Virus record (IMG/VR): IMGVR_UViG_3300021957_000021
Source: an uncultured virus (IMG/VR IMGVR_UViG_3300021957_000021)
Taxonomy: Duplodnaviria > Heunggongvirae > Uroviricota > Caudoviricetes
Length of the DNA stretch: 64,000 bases
Direction: 5' to 3' (one strand)
Shown here: piece after piece, positions 1 to 10,213 of the stretch
Numbering within the stretch: the first letter of the stretch is position 1
Layout: the number at the start of each line of letters is the position of its first letter
Notes under the pieces: generated by a model
Databases searched by the model: none
What the model was told of the DNA's origin: nothing
What the model saw: only the letters and a program-made list of their open reading frames with translations
Translations under genes and position numbers: made by a program

Positions 1-240
1 AGATTCTGGAGAAGAGAGTCTTACGGTTATTGTCCAGTTAATCATAACCCAATGAAACTCGAGCAAACTCAAGATCTTCCAATATATTATATGGAAAACT
101 CTTATTTGTATGCTTTTTCGCCGAAAGTACTTGAATATAATAATAGAATAGGATATAATCCTTATGTTATGGAAATAGGCTTCCCTTATAATTTAGATAT
201 AGACACAGAAGAAGACTGGAAACTAGTAAATGTAATATGA
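1..240 (+). CDS. Acylneuraminate cytidylyltransferase-like protein, C-terminal part (truncated by window start)
   Basis: Frame open from base 1; ENSYLYAF and DIDTEEDW motifs typical of NeuA-like C-termini. Confidence 0.75.
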   Translation, partial: RFWRRESYGYCPVNHNPMKLEQTQDLPIYYMENSYLYAFSPKVLEYNNRIGYNPYVMEIGFPYNLDIDTEEDWKLVNVI

Positions 241-905
241 ATCGAAAAAAAAACACAAAGACAAAAACTCAATCTTGCATACTGATTCAGGCCAATGGCA
301 ACAATGAAAGATTAGGCAAGTTCTTTAAGCAGCCAAAGCACGAACTTTTTTTTGGAAAAGAAAGAATAATAGAAAAAATTATTTACGAATGCAAAAAGCT
401 CAAAAAAGACATCTTCATTAGCTTGAGAGAGGGTTCAGAGGTTAACTTCAATTTGTCTAGCTGTAATCTGATTAGATGCAGTCAAACCTTTAACCGAATC
501 GATACTTTGGAACAATGCATGCCTCATTTAGAAAGCTATGATTCTATATTAATTTTGGATTCTGATGTAATTATAAAAGCTGAAGTCCTGAAACTATTAA
601 AACATAATAGTATAGCTGTCGGACAACATCCTCGCGATGGAAAAAAATATGGATTTATAAATGTAGACCCATCTTTTAATTATATAAGTGGGAATGAAAA
701 AGAAAAAGAATCAAGCCATATATCTATAGGAGCCTACTCTGTAGATTCTCAGCTTTTCTTAAAATATCTTAAAAGTAAAGCGGGTCGAGAAAACGAAAGC
801 CTATTAAACTATTATAATAAGCATAATCCCAGTAAGCTGTTTTTTTCGGACTCTCATACCGTCTTAGGAGACATAAACTCTTACATGAATCAACTTAAAA
901 ACTGA
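237..905 (+). CDS. Nucleotidyltransferase (NTP_transferase-like, GT-A fold)
   Basis: ILIQANGNNERLG...PKHEL, ILILDSD, KYGFI motifs. Confidence 0.7.
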   Translation: MNRKKNTKTKTQSCILIQANGNNERLGKFFKQPKHELFFGKERIIEKIIYECKKLKKDIFISLREGSEVNFNLSSCNLIRCSQTFNRIDTLEQCMPHLESYDSILILDSDVIIKAEVLKLLKHNSIAVGQHPRDGKKYGFINVDPSFNYISGNEKEKESSHISIGAYSVDSQLFLKYLKSKAGRENESLLNYYNKHNPSKLFFSDSHTVLGDINSYMNQLKN

Positions 906-934
906 AATCAGGAACGTTAATAAATTAAATAATT

Positions 935-1657
935 ATGAACAATCGCATACCACCACTAACTGACAGGAACGATTTTGCCGAAGTAGCAGAAAAGTATTTT
1001 AAAAAAACAAACAACGCAATTGAGATTGGTGTCTTTGAAGGTTTGTTTGCTAAGTCAAACCTAAAATACTGGTCAGGAGAATATTATATGTGCGACACTT
1101 TTGATATGAAAAGGCCTGAAGATGCTAAAAGAGATCAAGAACTTAAAAGATCTGTTGATAAAAACGGACATCAAGGATTAAAAAGGGTTCTTGAAAATAC
1201 TGACTCCTCAAAAGATAGGTGCCATATTATAAAAGATTTTTCAGTGCAAGCAGCAAAACAATTTGAAGACAATTTTTTTGACTGGATATATATTGATGCA
1301 ATGCACGACTATACAAATGTAGCTAACGATCTTGAAGCTTGGTGGCCAAAACTGAGAATGGGTGGGCTTTTTACTGGAGACGATTTTTGGTCTTCGCAGA
1401 AAACCTTAAAAGAATACCAAAATAGGGATACCGAAAAAACATTAAGCGCAATGGACTTAGACATATTAAATCGATTTATCGTAAACGTAGACCCATTTCC
1501 GCAAAGAAAAACATTTAATTACCCAAGAACAGCCCAAGTTTTTGGGTGGGGCACCGCACATGCAGTTTATGAGCATGCAAAAAAAACAGGAAGAGACTTA
1601 AATATTACATTTGTAAATGATCGCTATGGAACCCCAGCTTGGTACATAATTAAATAA
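935..1657 (+). CDS. Class I SAM-dependent methyltransferase (Methyltransf_24-like)
   Basis: IEIGVFEG; FDWIYIDAMHDY..V..DL..WWPKL..GG...GDD. Confidence 0.85.
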   Translation: MNNRIPPLTDRNDFAEVAEKYFKKTNNAIEIGVFEGLFAKSNLKYWSGEYYMCDTFDMKRPEDAKRDQELKRSVDKNGHQGLKRVLENTDSSKDRCHIIKDFSVQAAKQFEDNFFDWIYIDAMHDYTNVANDLEAWWPKLRMGGLFTGDDFWSSQKTLKEYQNRDTEKTLSAMDLDILNRFIVNVDPFPQRKTFNYPRTAQVFGWGTAHAVYEHAKKTGRDLNITFVNDRYGTPAWYIIK

Positions 1658-1666
1658 GAAACCAAT

Positions 1667-2668
1667 ATGATAATATCAGTAGACTTTGATGGGACTTTAG
1701 CGCTTGGAGATACATCGGACATACCATCCATGAAGGCAAACACCTCTCTTGTTAAGAATTTAAATCAAATGCATAAAGATGGAAATGAAATAAATATTGT
1801 TACCGCCAGAGGAGCTAAATCTTGCAAGACTCAAAAAGATAGAGAAAAGAAGTATTTTAAAGTAATAGAAAATTGGCTTAAAGAAAATAAAGTTTGCTTC
1901 AATAGAATTTCTTTCAAAAAAGAGTATGCAGACATATACCTTGATGATAAATGTATTAACATTAAAAGCTCATTAAGTTACCATATGCTAGACTCGGTCT
2001 TCACCAAAAACAAAGTTCGACGAGTAAATGATTTTGTAGTTAAGAGATCTGAGACTAGCGTGTCAGAATATAATTGGTATAAATTTGCCAGCAAAATCAT
2101 AAACACAGCAGAAGTATTAAGTTATGATCGAGATACGATAACCACTAAATATATTAAGGGCGAAACCTTTAATAACCCCGACCTATCAATTAATATTTTA
2201 AATAAATTCAAAAATGAGCCATCTCTCAGCAACGCTTCTTTTTATTCGTATATAGAAAGAATAGAGTCCCATGCATCACAAAATTCAGATTTAATTAATG
2301 TTAAAACCTTAGTTAAATATTTAAAAAAGCTAAATGTGCCAAATACATTTAATCATGGAGATTTCTCTATTGAGAATATGATTCAAAATGGCGCAGATTT
2401 ATATTTAATTGATCCTATTTTTTCACCCAAGCTATTTCAATCCTATTATCTTGACGCGGCAAAACATTTATTTAGCATATTATATTATAACTTAGATTAT
2501 GATCTTTATGAAAAATGCTTAAGCTCTTACCTTTCCCTCGGAATTCCAAAATCAGCAATAGAAATATTGATGTGCTCAGAAAGTATTCGGGTTTGCACTT
2601 ATAAAAAATCAATGACCAGCATTTCAAATAATTTAATATCCACATTAAGTATTCCTGAATATGAATAA
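1667..2668 (+). CDS. HAD-family phosphatase fused to aminoglycoside/choline-kinase-like domain
   Basis: N-terminal DFDGTL, TARG, YLDDK; C-terminal HGDFSIENM and LIDP. Confidence 0.75.
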   Translation: MIISVDFDGTLALGDTSDIPSMKANTSLVKNLNQMHKDGNEINIVTARGAKSCKTQKDREKKYFKVIENWLKENKVCFNRISFKKEYADIYLDDKCINIKSSLSYHMLDSVFTKNKVRRVNDFVVKRSETSVSEYNWYKFASKIINTAEVLSYDRDTITTKYIKGETFNNPDLSINILNKFKNEPSLSNASFYSYIERIESHASQNSDLINVKTLVKYLKKLNVPNTFNHGDFSIENMIQNGADLYLIDPIFSPKLFQSYYLDAAKHLFSILYYNLDYDLYEKCLSSYLSLGIPKSAIEILMCSESIRVCTYKKSMTSISNNLISTLSIPEYE

Positions 2669-3389
2669 AAAAAAAGCTGCCATATTAATTGCTGGCCTAA
2701 CAAGAACCTACGAGAAAACAAAAGAAAGTTTTTTTTCAAAAGTATTTTTTCCTAATACAAATGAATATGATATAGATATCTACTTGTGCTTTTGGGATAA
2801 AACGCACACAAGAGGCATGCTCAAAAATGAAAATATCACCACATTAAATGACAATGACATCAATGAAGTCATTTCTGTATATAACCCCAAAAAATATCAA
2901 ATACTAAAAAATTACAAAGAGGCAAATAGTTTATTTAGCGAAAAGGGAAAAGAGTTTACAAAAATAGTAGGGCGACCCAAAAACCATGAATACCCTGCTT
3001 TATTACATCAAAATGGAGTTATAGCCCAGTCTTATACATGGCATAGTGCCTTTTCCTTAGTAGAAGAAGAATATGATTTATTTTTTAGAACAAGGTTTGA
3101 TGTTTCGTATCATCAACCTATTTACTTTAATTCTTTTCAAGGTGACGGACTAAACTGTTTCTCGTTTGATCATCAAGATTTTTCTTATGTTGGGGATGCG
3201 GCTTTTTTAGGCGACTTTAATTCAATGAAGACTGCTTGTTCAAATTATCACCTAGATATGATCAACATGAAAATTCCTCCAATGAGAAAAAATTCAAATC
3301 TTTTTGCTGAAGATATTCTATATGATTATTTGAAATATTTTAATATCAAAATTAATTTAACCCCCAAAATAATAAAAATTATAAGATGA
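2661..3389 (+). CDS. Putative glycosyltransferase-like protein
   Basis: AILIAGLTRTY N-terminus and YDLFFRTRFD motif; sits in sugar cluster. Confidence 0.45.
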   Translation: MNKKKAAILIAGLTRTYEKTKESFFSKVFFPNTNEYDIDIYLCFWDKTHTRGMLKNENITTLNDNDINEVISVYNPKKYQILKNYKEANSLFSEKGKEFTKIVGRPKNHEYPALLHQNGVIAQSYTWHSAFSLVEEEYDLFFRTRFDVSYHQPIYFNSFQGDGLNCFSFDHQDFSYVGDAAFLGDFNSMKTACSNYHLDMINMKIPPMRKNSNLFAEDILYDYLKYFNIKINLTPKIIKIIR

Positions 3390-4138
3390 AATTACTATGG
3401 CAACAAATACCATCCCCCGTTATAACTGAAATATTCTGCTCGTCTCCTTTTGATGGAGTAGTCCTAGACCTTGAGCATGGGCATTTTAATAATGAGACCT
3501 TGTACTCATGCATACAAGTTGGTACGTTATTAAATAAAACCATACTAGCTCGTGTTTCACATCTTGACAAACAGGTAATACGAATGTGTCTTGATGCAAA
3601 CATTTCTGGTATTATTTTATCTACGGTTGAAACTTTTGATCAAGCAAAAGAATTTTACGATTATTGCGTTTACCCATTCAAAAAAAGAAGAGACTCTTTC
3701 AGCTCAGATGAAAGAGGAGTCATACGTAATTTCCCTTATATTGAAACAGGAGGGGTTAGAGGTCAAGGGCTTGTCCGAGAAAATTTATGGGGAGAAAAAG
3801 ATCTTAAATTACGTAAGCCTATTATTATTCCTCAAATAGAGACAAAGGCGGGAATTGATAATATTCATGATATCTCTAAAATCGACTTCAATTATTACCT
3901 TGTTGGGCCATATGATCTTTCTGCTAGTTTAGGCAAGGTGGGCGATTTTGATAGCCAAGAATTTCAATCTTGTATATTAAAATTAAAAAAACATATTCCG
4001 AATAAGATTGGATTTCATATACCATCAAATGTTGAAAGTAAAATCAAAGATTATCAGGATTATCCCTTTTTAGCTTTAGGGATGGACACAACTTTTCTAG
4101 TTGATGAAATTAAAAAACTTTTAAATTTATCTAGATAG
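3386..4138 (+). CDS. HpcH/HpaI aldolase family protein
   Basis: FDGVVLDLEHG, QIETKAG, VGPYDLSASLG. Confidence 0.9.
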   Translation: MKLLWQQIPSPVITEIFCSSPFDGVVLDLEHGHFNNETLYSCIQVGTLLNKTILARVSHLDKQVIRMCLDANISGIILSTVETFDQAKEFYDYCVYPFKKRRDSFSSDERGVIRNFPYIETGGVRGQGLVRENLWGEKDLKLRKPIIIPQIETKAGIDNIHDISKIDFNYYLVGPYDLSASLGKVGDFDSQEFQSCILKLKKHIPNKIGFHIPSNVESKIKDYQDYPFLALGMDTTFLVDEIKKLLNLSR

Positions 4139-4153
4139 TTATATAATACTTAA

Positions 4154-5206
4154 ATGAAGAAAGTAATTGTAACAGGAGTAACAGGTCAAGATGGTAGTCA
4201 TATGATAGACTATCTCTTAAAACTTTTTCAAGCAGAGTGTGGTAAAACTGATTTTATGCTTTACGGCACTGCGCGTAGGCTGAGTGTTAAAAATCACGAA
4301 AATATCTTACATTTAGAAGATGAGCCTAGATTTCAACTAATTAATATGGACTTAAATGACGCCCATAGTATTCGAGATGTAGTCATTGATGTCCAACCAG
4401 ATTATTTTATTAACTTTGCGGCCCAATCTTTCGTTGCAGGTAGTTGGGAATACCCTATTCAAACATGGGATACAGACGCAAGCTCAGTGTTACATATACT
4501 TGAATCTATCCGCAGATTTGCTCCTCATTGTCGATTTTATAACGCAGGTTCTTCTGAGGAATTTGGTGATGTCGTATATACGCCACAAGACGAAAACCAT
4601 CCGCTACTACCTCAGTCTCCATATGGCGCAGCCAAGTGTGCCGCAAGGCATATCGTTAGAGTTTATAGAGAGTCATATGGTTTATATGCAGTGCAAGGCT
4701 GGTTATTCAACCATGAAGGCTCGAGAAGAGGGCTGGATTTTGTTACTCGCAAAATCACTCATACAATTGCAAAGATAAAAATTGCCCTCGAAAATGATAA
4801 ACCTTTACCAATTCTTAAGCTTGGTAATTTAGAAGCTCAGAGAGATTGGAGCGATGCAGAAGATTTTATGGAAGGAGTTTGGTTAATGCTAAATCAAGAT
4901 AAGCCAGAGAATTACGTTTTAGGGAGCGGTGAAATGTTTACGGTTAGACATTTCTTAAATACATGCCTGAATCATGCTGGTATTAAATTTTATTCTCAAG
5001 GAGAAAATGATTCAGAAAAATATTATACTGAATCTGGAAAATTATTTTTTGAAGTTGACCCAAAGTTTTATCGACCAGCAGAAGTTCACAAACTTTGCGG
5101 AGACCCATCTAAAGCAGAATCTGAGTTAGGTTGGGAGCGGAAAACTTCATTTGAGGATTTAGTGCGCAAAATGTACAATAACGATTATGCAATTTTAAAT
5201 GGATAA
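4154..5206 (+). CDS. gmd: GDP-mannose 4,6-dehydratase
   Basis: TGVTGQDG, AAQSFV, SPYGAAK, FNHEG.RRG..FVTRKI, LGNL.A.RDW, FYRPAEV. Confidence 0.95.
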   Translation: MKKVIVTGVTGQDGSHMIDYLLKLFQAECGKTDFMLYGTARRLSVKNHENILHLEDEPRFQLINMDLNDAHSIRDVVIDVQPDYFINFAAQSFVAGSWEYPIQTWDTDASSVLHILESIRRFAPHCRFYNAGSSEEFGDVVYTPQDENHPLLPQSPYGAAKCAARHIVRVYRESYGLYAVQGWLFNHEGSRRGLDFVTRKITHTIAKIKIALENDKPLPILKLGNLEAQRDWSDAEDFMEGVWLMLNQDKPENYVLGSGEMFTVRHFLNTCLNHAGIKFYSQGENDSEKYYTESGKLFFEVDPKFYRPAEVHKLCGDPSKAESELGWERKTSFEDLVRKMYNNDYAILNG

Positions 5207-6146
5207 AAAATTTAAAATTTTTATTGCAGGACATAACGGGATGGTAGGTTCTGCAGTTCTTGATTTGCTTAAAAAATCTGGCTATGAAAATATTATTACT
5301 CGATCCGAAAGCGAGCTAGATTTAAGAGACCAGCGTAAAGTTCATTCCTTTTTTAAAAATAATTCAATTGATGTAGTGATCTTATGTGCTGCAAAAGTCG
5401 GGGGAATTGTGTCTAATAATGTTTATAGAGCTGATTTTCTGTACGATAATTTGCAAATTTCGACAAATATTATAAAATCTTCTCATGATTTTTGTATTAA
5501 AAAATTAATTAATCTTGGCTCTTCTTCTGTTTATCCTAAAAATGTAAAAGTTCCATTAGCTGAAGAAGATTTAATGACGGGCGTATTAGAAAAAACAAGT
5601 GAGCCATATGCTATCGCAAAAATATCTGGAGTTAAAATGTGTGAAGCTTATTACTACCAATATGGAAAAAATTTCTACTCAATAATGCCTTGCAATCTTT
5701 ATGGAGAAAATAGTAATTTTGACTTGTATAGCGCCAATGTTCTGCCTGCCTTAATTAATAAATTCCATGCAGCCAAAGAAGAAGGTTCCGACTTTGTGAG
5801 GATTTGGGGTACAGGAAAGCCAAGGCGAGAATTCCTGCATGTGAAAGACTTAGCCGAGGCAATATTATTATGTCTTGAAAAAATTAATGCTGAAGACATT
5901 TATAAATATAATATTTCTCATCTAAATTGTGGCTCTTATCAAGAATTTTCTATACTTGAATTAGCTAATATAATTAAATCTATAGTAGGTTTTCGCGGAG
6001 AAATTAGATACGACCAAACTAGACCAGATGGAGTTTTCAGAAAATTACTGAACAGCAATCGCATGTTTAAATTTGGCTTTACCCCATCAATGGCCTTAAC
6101 AGAAGGTATTCGCCAAACATACAACTGGTATCTGAAAAATGTCTGA
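5199..6146 (+). CDS. fcl: GDP-L-fucose synthase
   Basis: AGHNGMVGSA, AAKVGGI, EPYAIAK, WGTGKPRREFLHV, RPDG. Confidence 0.95.
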   Translation: MDKKFKIFIAGHNGMVGSAVLDLLKKSGYENIITRSESELDLRDQRKVHSFFKNNSIDVVILCAAKVGGIVSNNVYRADFLYDNLQISTNIIKSSHDFCIKKLINLGSSSVYPKNVKVPLAEEDLMTGVLEKTSEPYAIAKISGVKMCEAYYYQYGKNFYSIMPCNLYGENSNFDLYSANVLPALINKFHAAKEEGSDFVRIWGTGKPRREFLHVKDLAEAILLCLEKINAEDIYKYNISHLNCGSYQEFSILELANIIKSIVGFRGEIRYDQTRPDGVFRKLLNSNRMFKFGFTPSMALTEGIRQTYNWYLKNV

Positions 6147-6378
6147 CAAATATACTGGCCCAAGAGATTTTGATGAGCAAACCGATGCATTTCGTTTCGA
6201 TCTTGATGATATGTGTGATAGATATTTAGAAGAGTTTGACATTAATGTTTTTACAATAGCTGGAGCTTTGATGGAAAAAATTAAAGAGTTACTTGGAGAC
6301 GATATAGTTTTTAATTTAGATGAGCCAGATGAAGAAGAAGATGATGAAAACCTTGACGATTTTAATCTAGATGGATAG
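6139..6378 (+). CDS. Acidic hypothetical protein
   Basis: ATG overlaps end of fcl; D/E-rich. Confidence 0.7.
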   Translation: MSDKYTGPRDFDEQTDAFRFDLDDMCDRYLEEFDINVFTIAGALMEKIKELLGDDIVFNLDEPDEEEDDENLDDFNLDG

Positions 6379-6535
6379 AAATAAAAAATACCAACAAACA
6401 GATAAAGGGAAAGAATCATTATCTAGAGCTAGAAAAAAATATGATGAAGCAGACAAGGAAAAACGTAGGCAACAGAAGCGAGATTACATGCGTCGCAAAA
6501 GAGAAGAAGACCCGAATTATTGCAAGTGGAAATAA
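6371..6535 (+). CDS. Small basic hypothetical protein (54 aa, absent from ORF track)
   Basis: Hand translation MDRNKKYQQTDKGKESLSRARKKYDEADKEKRRQQKRDYMRRKREEDPNYCKWK fills the gap. Confidence 0.6.
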   Translation: MDRNKKYQQTDKGKESLSRARKKYDEADKEKRRQQKRDYMRRKREEDPNYCKWK

Positions 6536-6573
6536 AAACGGTGTAATTTAATCATAATTGTCTATTGATTGTT

Positions 6574-8844
6574 ATGAAAATTTTAATCTTATTGTTTTTA
6601 TCTTCAATTTTCTGTTTTGGGGATACGCTATATTTTAATAACGGAAAAAATTTGAAAGGCGACATTGTAGAGGCAAATGCTACACACGCGTTAATTGAAA
6701 GATCAAGTGATCTGCAATTATTCAGGATTTCAATTGATTCTTTAACAAAAGACAACCAAGCCTATATTAAAAATAATTTTCCACCGAGTCATGAAGCTTT
6801 GCCTAAATTTAAAAGACCATTATCTGATAGAGATTTAAAAACTCATGCTTATTATATTGATAGCTTAATTGAAGCAAAACTCAGAGGATATAATCTTAGG
6901 CCAAATAAGGAGGTCGATGATGCTATATATTTACGTAGAGCATATCTTAAAATTATCGGGAGGACCCCTTCTTTAGCAGAAGTAAACTCTTTTTTTGATG
7001 ATAAAGATAAAAATAAAAGATCAAAATTAGTTGATCAGTTATTAGGTAGTGAAGGATATGTAAGTCACTGGTTTAATTTTTGGGCGGATATATTAAGAAT
7101 TAAAGATAGGTTAACCAATAGAATATCTGGAGTGCCTTATAAGAATTATGTAAAAGAGTTTATATCAAATAACAGACCATACGATGAATGGGTTAGAGAA
7201 ATGTTATCCTCATCAGGCTCTCTATGGGTTAAAGGCAACGAAGGAGTAAGTTATTTTGCTCGTGATGTCAATATGCCTCTTGATAGCATGGCTAACACAG
7301 TACGTATTTTTTTAGGCACAAGCCTCGAGTGCGCCCAATGCCATGACCATCCTTTTGATCGTTGGACTCAAAAACAATTTTACGAAATGGCTGCATTGAC
7401 AAGTGGCTCGACTAATTTGAGAACAAAAAGTCCAGAAAATTTAAGTGTCTTAAATAGATTAGCGAGAGATGAAAGAAGAAAATTAGAGCAATCCGATCAA
7501 CCTCAAAAATCTAGACAGCTACAAAATAGCATAAGAGATATCCAAGATATTTTGCAAACTGGATTAACGAGTTTAGGTAACGGAAAGATCAGTTTGCCTA
7601 AAGATTATCAGTATAATAATGCAAAACCTAATGAAGCTTTACTAGGGAAAACGATTTTCGGTAAAGAGGTAGACATTAAAACCGTTGCTCCAAATGCAGG
7701 TTCTAGGGAAATTTATGCTAATTGGTTGGCGTCTGAATCAAATCCAAGATTTACAGCTGTTATTGTAAATCGCTTGTGGAAGGAAGTTTTTGGATTAGCT
7801 TTAATAGAGCCAATTGATAATATGTTCGATGACACTCTTGCTACCGACCCAAAATTGCAATTACATCTAGAAAAAGTCATGGTTGCCTTAAATTATGATT
7901 TAAGAGAGTTTTTAAGAATATTGTATAACACTAAAACATTCCAAAAAGAGTCTGTAACTAGAGATGTAATACCTAAGGATAATAAAGATCAATCTATGCC
8001 TGTAGAAGTTGAGTGGATTATCGCAGGACCAAATACCAAAGCTCAGTCTAAAGGAGCTGTTCCTTATTTTTATCAAGGGCCGATATTAGAAAGAATGAGT
8101 GGGGAGCAAATTTGGGATTCTTTAGTAAATTTAACATTTGATAATATAGATTCTAGAAAATTAGAGCAGAATACAAAAGGCTATGAGCAATTCGAAACTC
8201 TTTCGTCTATGACTGGAGAAGAATTATTTGAAGATATAATGGCTAAAATAAATAAAACTGAAAGACCTAAAGAGGCAAGTAAAGCAAAATTTGGTAAACC
8301 TATAAATACTGATTGCCCTATCAAGCCTGGTAGAGCAATCGACCCAACGTTGTTAGCTTTAAACGAAAACGGAGAAACTTTAGCATTTTGTTGTGAATCT
8401 TGCGTCGATAAATATAAATCTCAAAAGAAAGTCAGAGAGCAAGAATATAAGCAGAATTTTGTGAAAGATAGAAATTCAGTTAGAGCTTCTGAGCTATCTT
8501 CTCCTACTCCGATTGGCCATTTAATCAGAGAGTTTGGTGGTTCAGATAGGGAGCAGATCGAAAATGCAGACAAAAGTGCCTCAGCGACACAGGTATTAAA
8601 TTTATTAAACGGCTTCGTTGAAACAAGATTATTGAAAAATAAAAACTTTGAAGTTATTAAAGCAATTGAATCTCAAAAATCATTAAATGATAAAATTAAA
8701 GTGGGATATAAATATATATTAAACAGAGAACCTTCTTCAAAAGAAATTAAAATATTTACTGATAATTTAAAAAATGCAAAAGATGCATATAAAGAAATAA
8801 TATGGGTGCTAATTAATAGTCATGAATTCATGTTTATTAAATAA
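6574..8844 (+). CDS. DUF1549/DUF1553 (PSCyt2/PSD1) protein with signal peptide, SHD1-like N-terminus, CxxCH motif and YHS/TRASH-like insert
   Basis: YLRRAYLKIIGRTP, FLGTSLECAQCHDHPFDRWTQKQFY, NPRFTAVIVNRLW, CPI...FCCESC, WVLINSHEFMF. Confidence 0.9.
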   Translation: MKILILLFLSSIFCFGDTLYFNNGKNLKGDIVEANATHALIERSSDLQLFRISIDSLTKDNQAYIKNNFPPSHEALPKFKRPLSDRDLKTHAYYIDSLIEAKLRGYNLRPNKEVDDAIYLRRAYLKIIGRTPSLAEVNSFFDDKDKNKRSKLVDQLLGSEGYVSHWFNFWADILRIKDRLTNRISGVPYKNYVKEFISNNRPYDEWVREMLSSSGSLWVKGNEGVSYFARDVNMPLDSMANTVRIFLGTSLECAQCHDHPFDRWTQKQFYEMAALTSGSTNLRTKSPENLSVLNRLARDERRKLEQSDQPQKSRQLQNSIRDIQDILQTGLTSLGNGKISLPKDYQYNNAKPNEALLGKTIFGKEVDIKTVAPNAGSREIYANWLASESNPRFTAVIVNRLWKEVFGLALIEPIDNMFDDTLATDPKLQLHLEKVMVALNYDLREFLRILYNTKTFQKESVTRDVIPKDNKDQSMPVEVEWIIAGPNTKAQSKGAVPYFYQGPILERMSGEQIWDSLVNLTFDNIDSRKLEQNTKGYEQFETLSSMTGEELFEDIMAKINKTERPKEASKAKFGKPINTDCPIKPGRAIDPTLLALNENGETLAFCCESCVDKYKSQKKVREQEYKQNFVKDRNSVRASELSSPTPIGHLIREFGGSDREQIENADKSASATQVLNLLNGFVETRLLKNKNFEVIKAIESQKSLNDKIKVGYKYILNREPSSKEIKIFTDNLKNAKDAYKEIIWVLINSHEFMFIK

Positions 8845-8889
8845 TTGGCTTTATCTTGATTTTTCTTTGAAATGTGTAATAATAATATT

Positions 8890-10182
8890 ATGAACTTAAA
8901 TACAATTGATGAATTAGGGAGAAGAGAATTTATAGCGCATGCCGCAAAAGCATGCTTTGGGGTAGGGCTTATGCCGATGGCAGGAGCTTATATTAACAAT
9001 ACGGTGAGCGCTCTTGAGCCTAGCGCTAGAGTTCCGACAGCTAGGCATGTTATTTATTTAAATATGTCAGGAGCGATGTCTCATCTCGACACATTTGCCC
9101 CAAAGCCTGACGCTCCTGATATTCAAGGGCCGACTAAATCAATTGCAACAAGTGCTGATGGAGTTATTTTATCCGAAAATCTACCAAAAACAGCGGAACT
9201 AATGCATCTTGGGTCAATTATCAAAACAATGAATACTAGTCAAGGAGCCCATATGCAAGCAAGTTATTTAATGCACACTAGTTACCTTAAGAGGGGCACA
9301 ATTGTACATCCTACATTCGGAAGTTGGGTGTCAAAGCTTTCAGGCTCAATGAATAAAACAATACCTAGCAATGTTAAGATTGGAGGCGGAGGAGGCGGAG
9401 CTGGCTTTCTAGAGTCTAAATACGGCGCTCTCCCTATTAACAATCCTTCCTCAGGTCTAGCTAATAGTAAAATGGCTTCATATTTAGATCATGAGCATTT
9501 TCAAAGCAGAATATCTATTGCCGAGCAATTAAATCAAAATTTTTCCACAGAATTTCCATTAAAACAAGTAAGAGCTTATAGCGACTTATATAAAGACGCA
9601 ATAAAATTAATGAATAGTAATGATCTGAATGCTTTTGACATCACTAAAGAGTCGGCATCTATAAGCGATCTTTATGGAAGCACTAACTTTGGTAAAGGTT
9701 GCTTGTTAGCTAAAAGGCTAGTTGAGCATGGGGTTAGGTATGTAGAAGTTACGCGGGGAGGCTGGGACACTCATGACAATAACTTTGAAAGAGTCGCTGC
9801 AAATTGCGCTGATATCGATCAAGCTTTAAGCGGGCTTCTTATTGATTTAGATAGAAGAGGGCTTTTGTCAGAGACTTTGGTTGTATTAACCTCTGAATTT
9901 GGTAGAACGCCAAATATAAATGGAAGAGATGGGAGAGACCATTGGCCTTATTGCTTCACAGCTTTTCTCGCAGGAGGTGGAGTGAAAGGTGGATTTACTT
10001 ATGGTGAGACAGACAAAACAGGCAGATCTCCTGTTGAAGGAAAACCTATCAAGCCAGAAGATTTGAATGCTACTATAGCTCATGCCCTTGGTTTACCTTT
10101 AAATAATTATCAATACTCTCCGTCAGGAAGACCTTTTACTATAGCCCATAAAGGTGAGCCTTTATTTGATATTTTATCTTGA
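8890..10182 (+). CDS. DUF1501 protein with twin-arginine signal
   Basis: GRREFI Tat motif; GAMSHLDTFAPKP, FGKGCLLAKRLVEHGVRYVEV, GWDTH, SEFGRTP, GRDHWP. Confidence 0.92.
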   Translation: MNLNTIDELGRREFIAHAAKACFGVGLMPMAGAYINNTVSALEPSARVPTARHVIYLNMSGAMSHLDTFAPKPDAPDIQGPTKSIATSADGVILSENLPKTAELMHLGSIIKTMNTSQGAHMQASYLMHTSYLKRGTIVHPTFGSWVSKLSGSMNKTIPSNVKIGGGGGGAGFLESKYGALPINNPSSGLANSKMASYLDHEHFQSRISIAEQLNQNFSTEFPLKQVRAYSDLYKDAIKLMNSNDLNAFDITKESASISDLYGSTNFGKGCLLAKRLVEHGVRYVEVTRGGWDTHDNNFERVAANCADIDQALSGLLIDLDRRGLLSETLVVLTSEFGRTPNINGRDGRDHWPYCFTAFLAGGGVKGGFTYGETDKTGRSPVEGKPIKPEDLNATIAHALGLPLNNYQYSPSGRPFTIAHKGEPLFDILS

Positions 10183-10207
10183 CAAATAATTTAAATTCAT
10201 CTATAAT
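10179..10207 (+). promoter_or_regulatory. Representative sigma70-type promoter (one of >25)
   Basis: TTGACA-17-TATAAT, 6 nt, then ATG at 10214. Confidence 0.85.
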
Positions 10208-10213
10208 CATTAG

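Noticed and set aside
1..10182. Window is a bacterial chromosome or prophage junction
   Set aside because: No integrase or housekeeping operon seen; the phage-type GTGTAA element precedes the DUF genes; composition looks continuous
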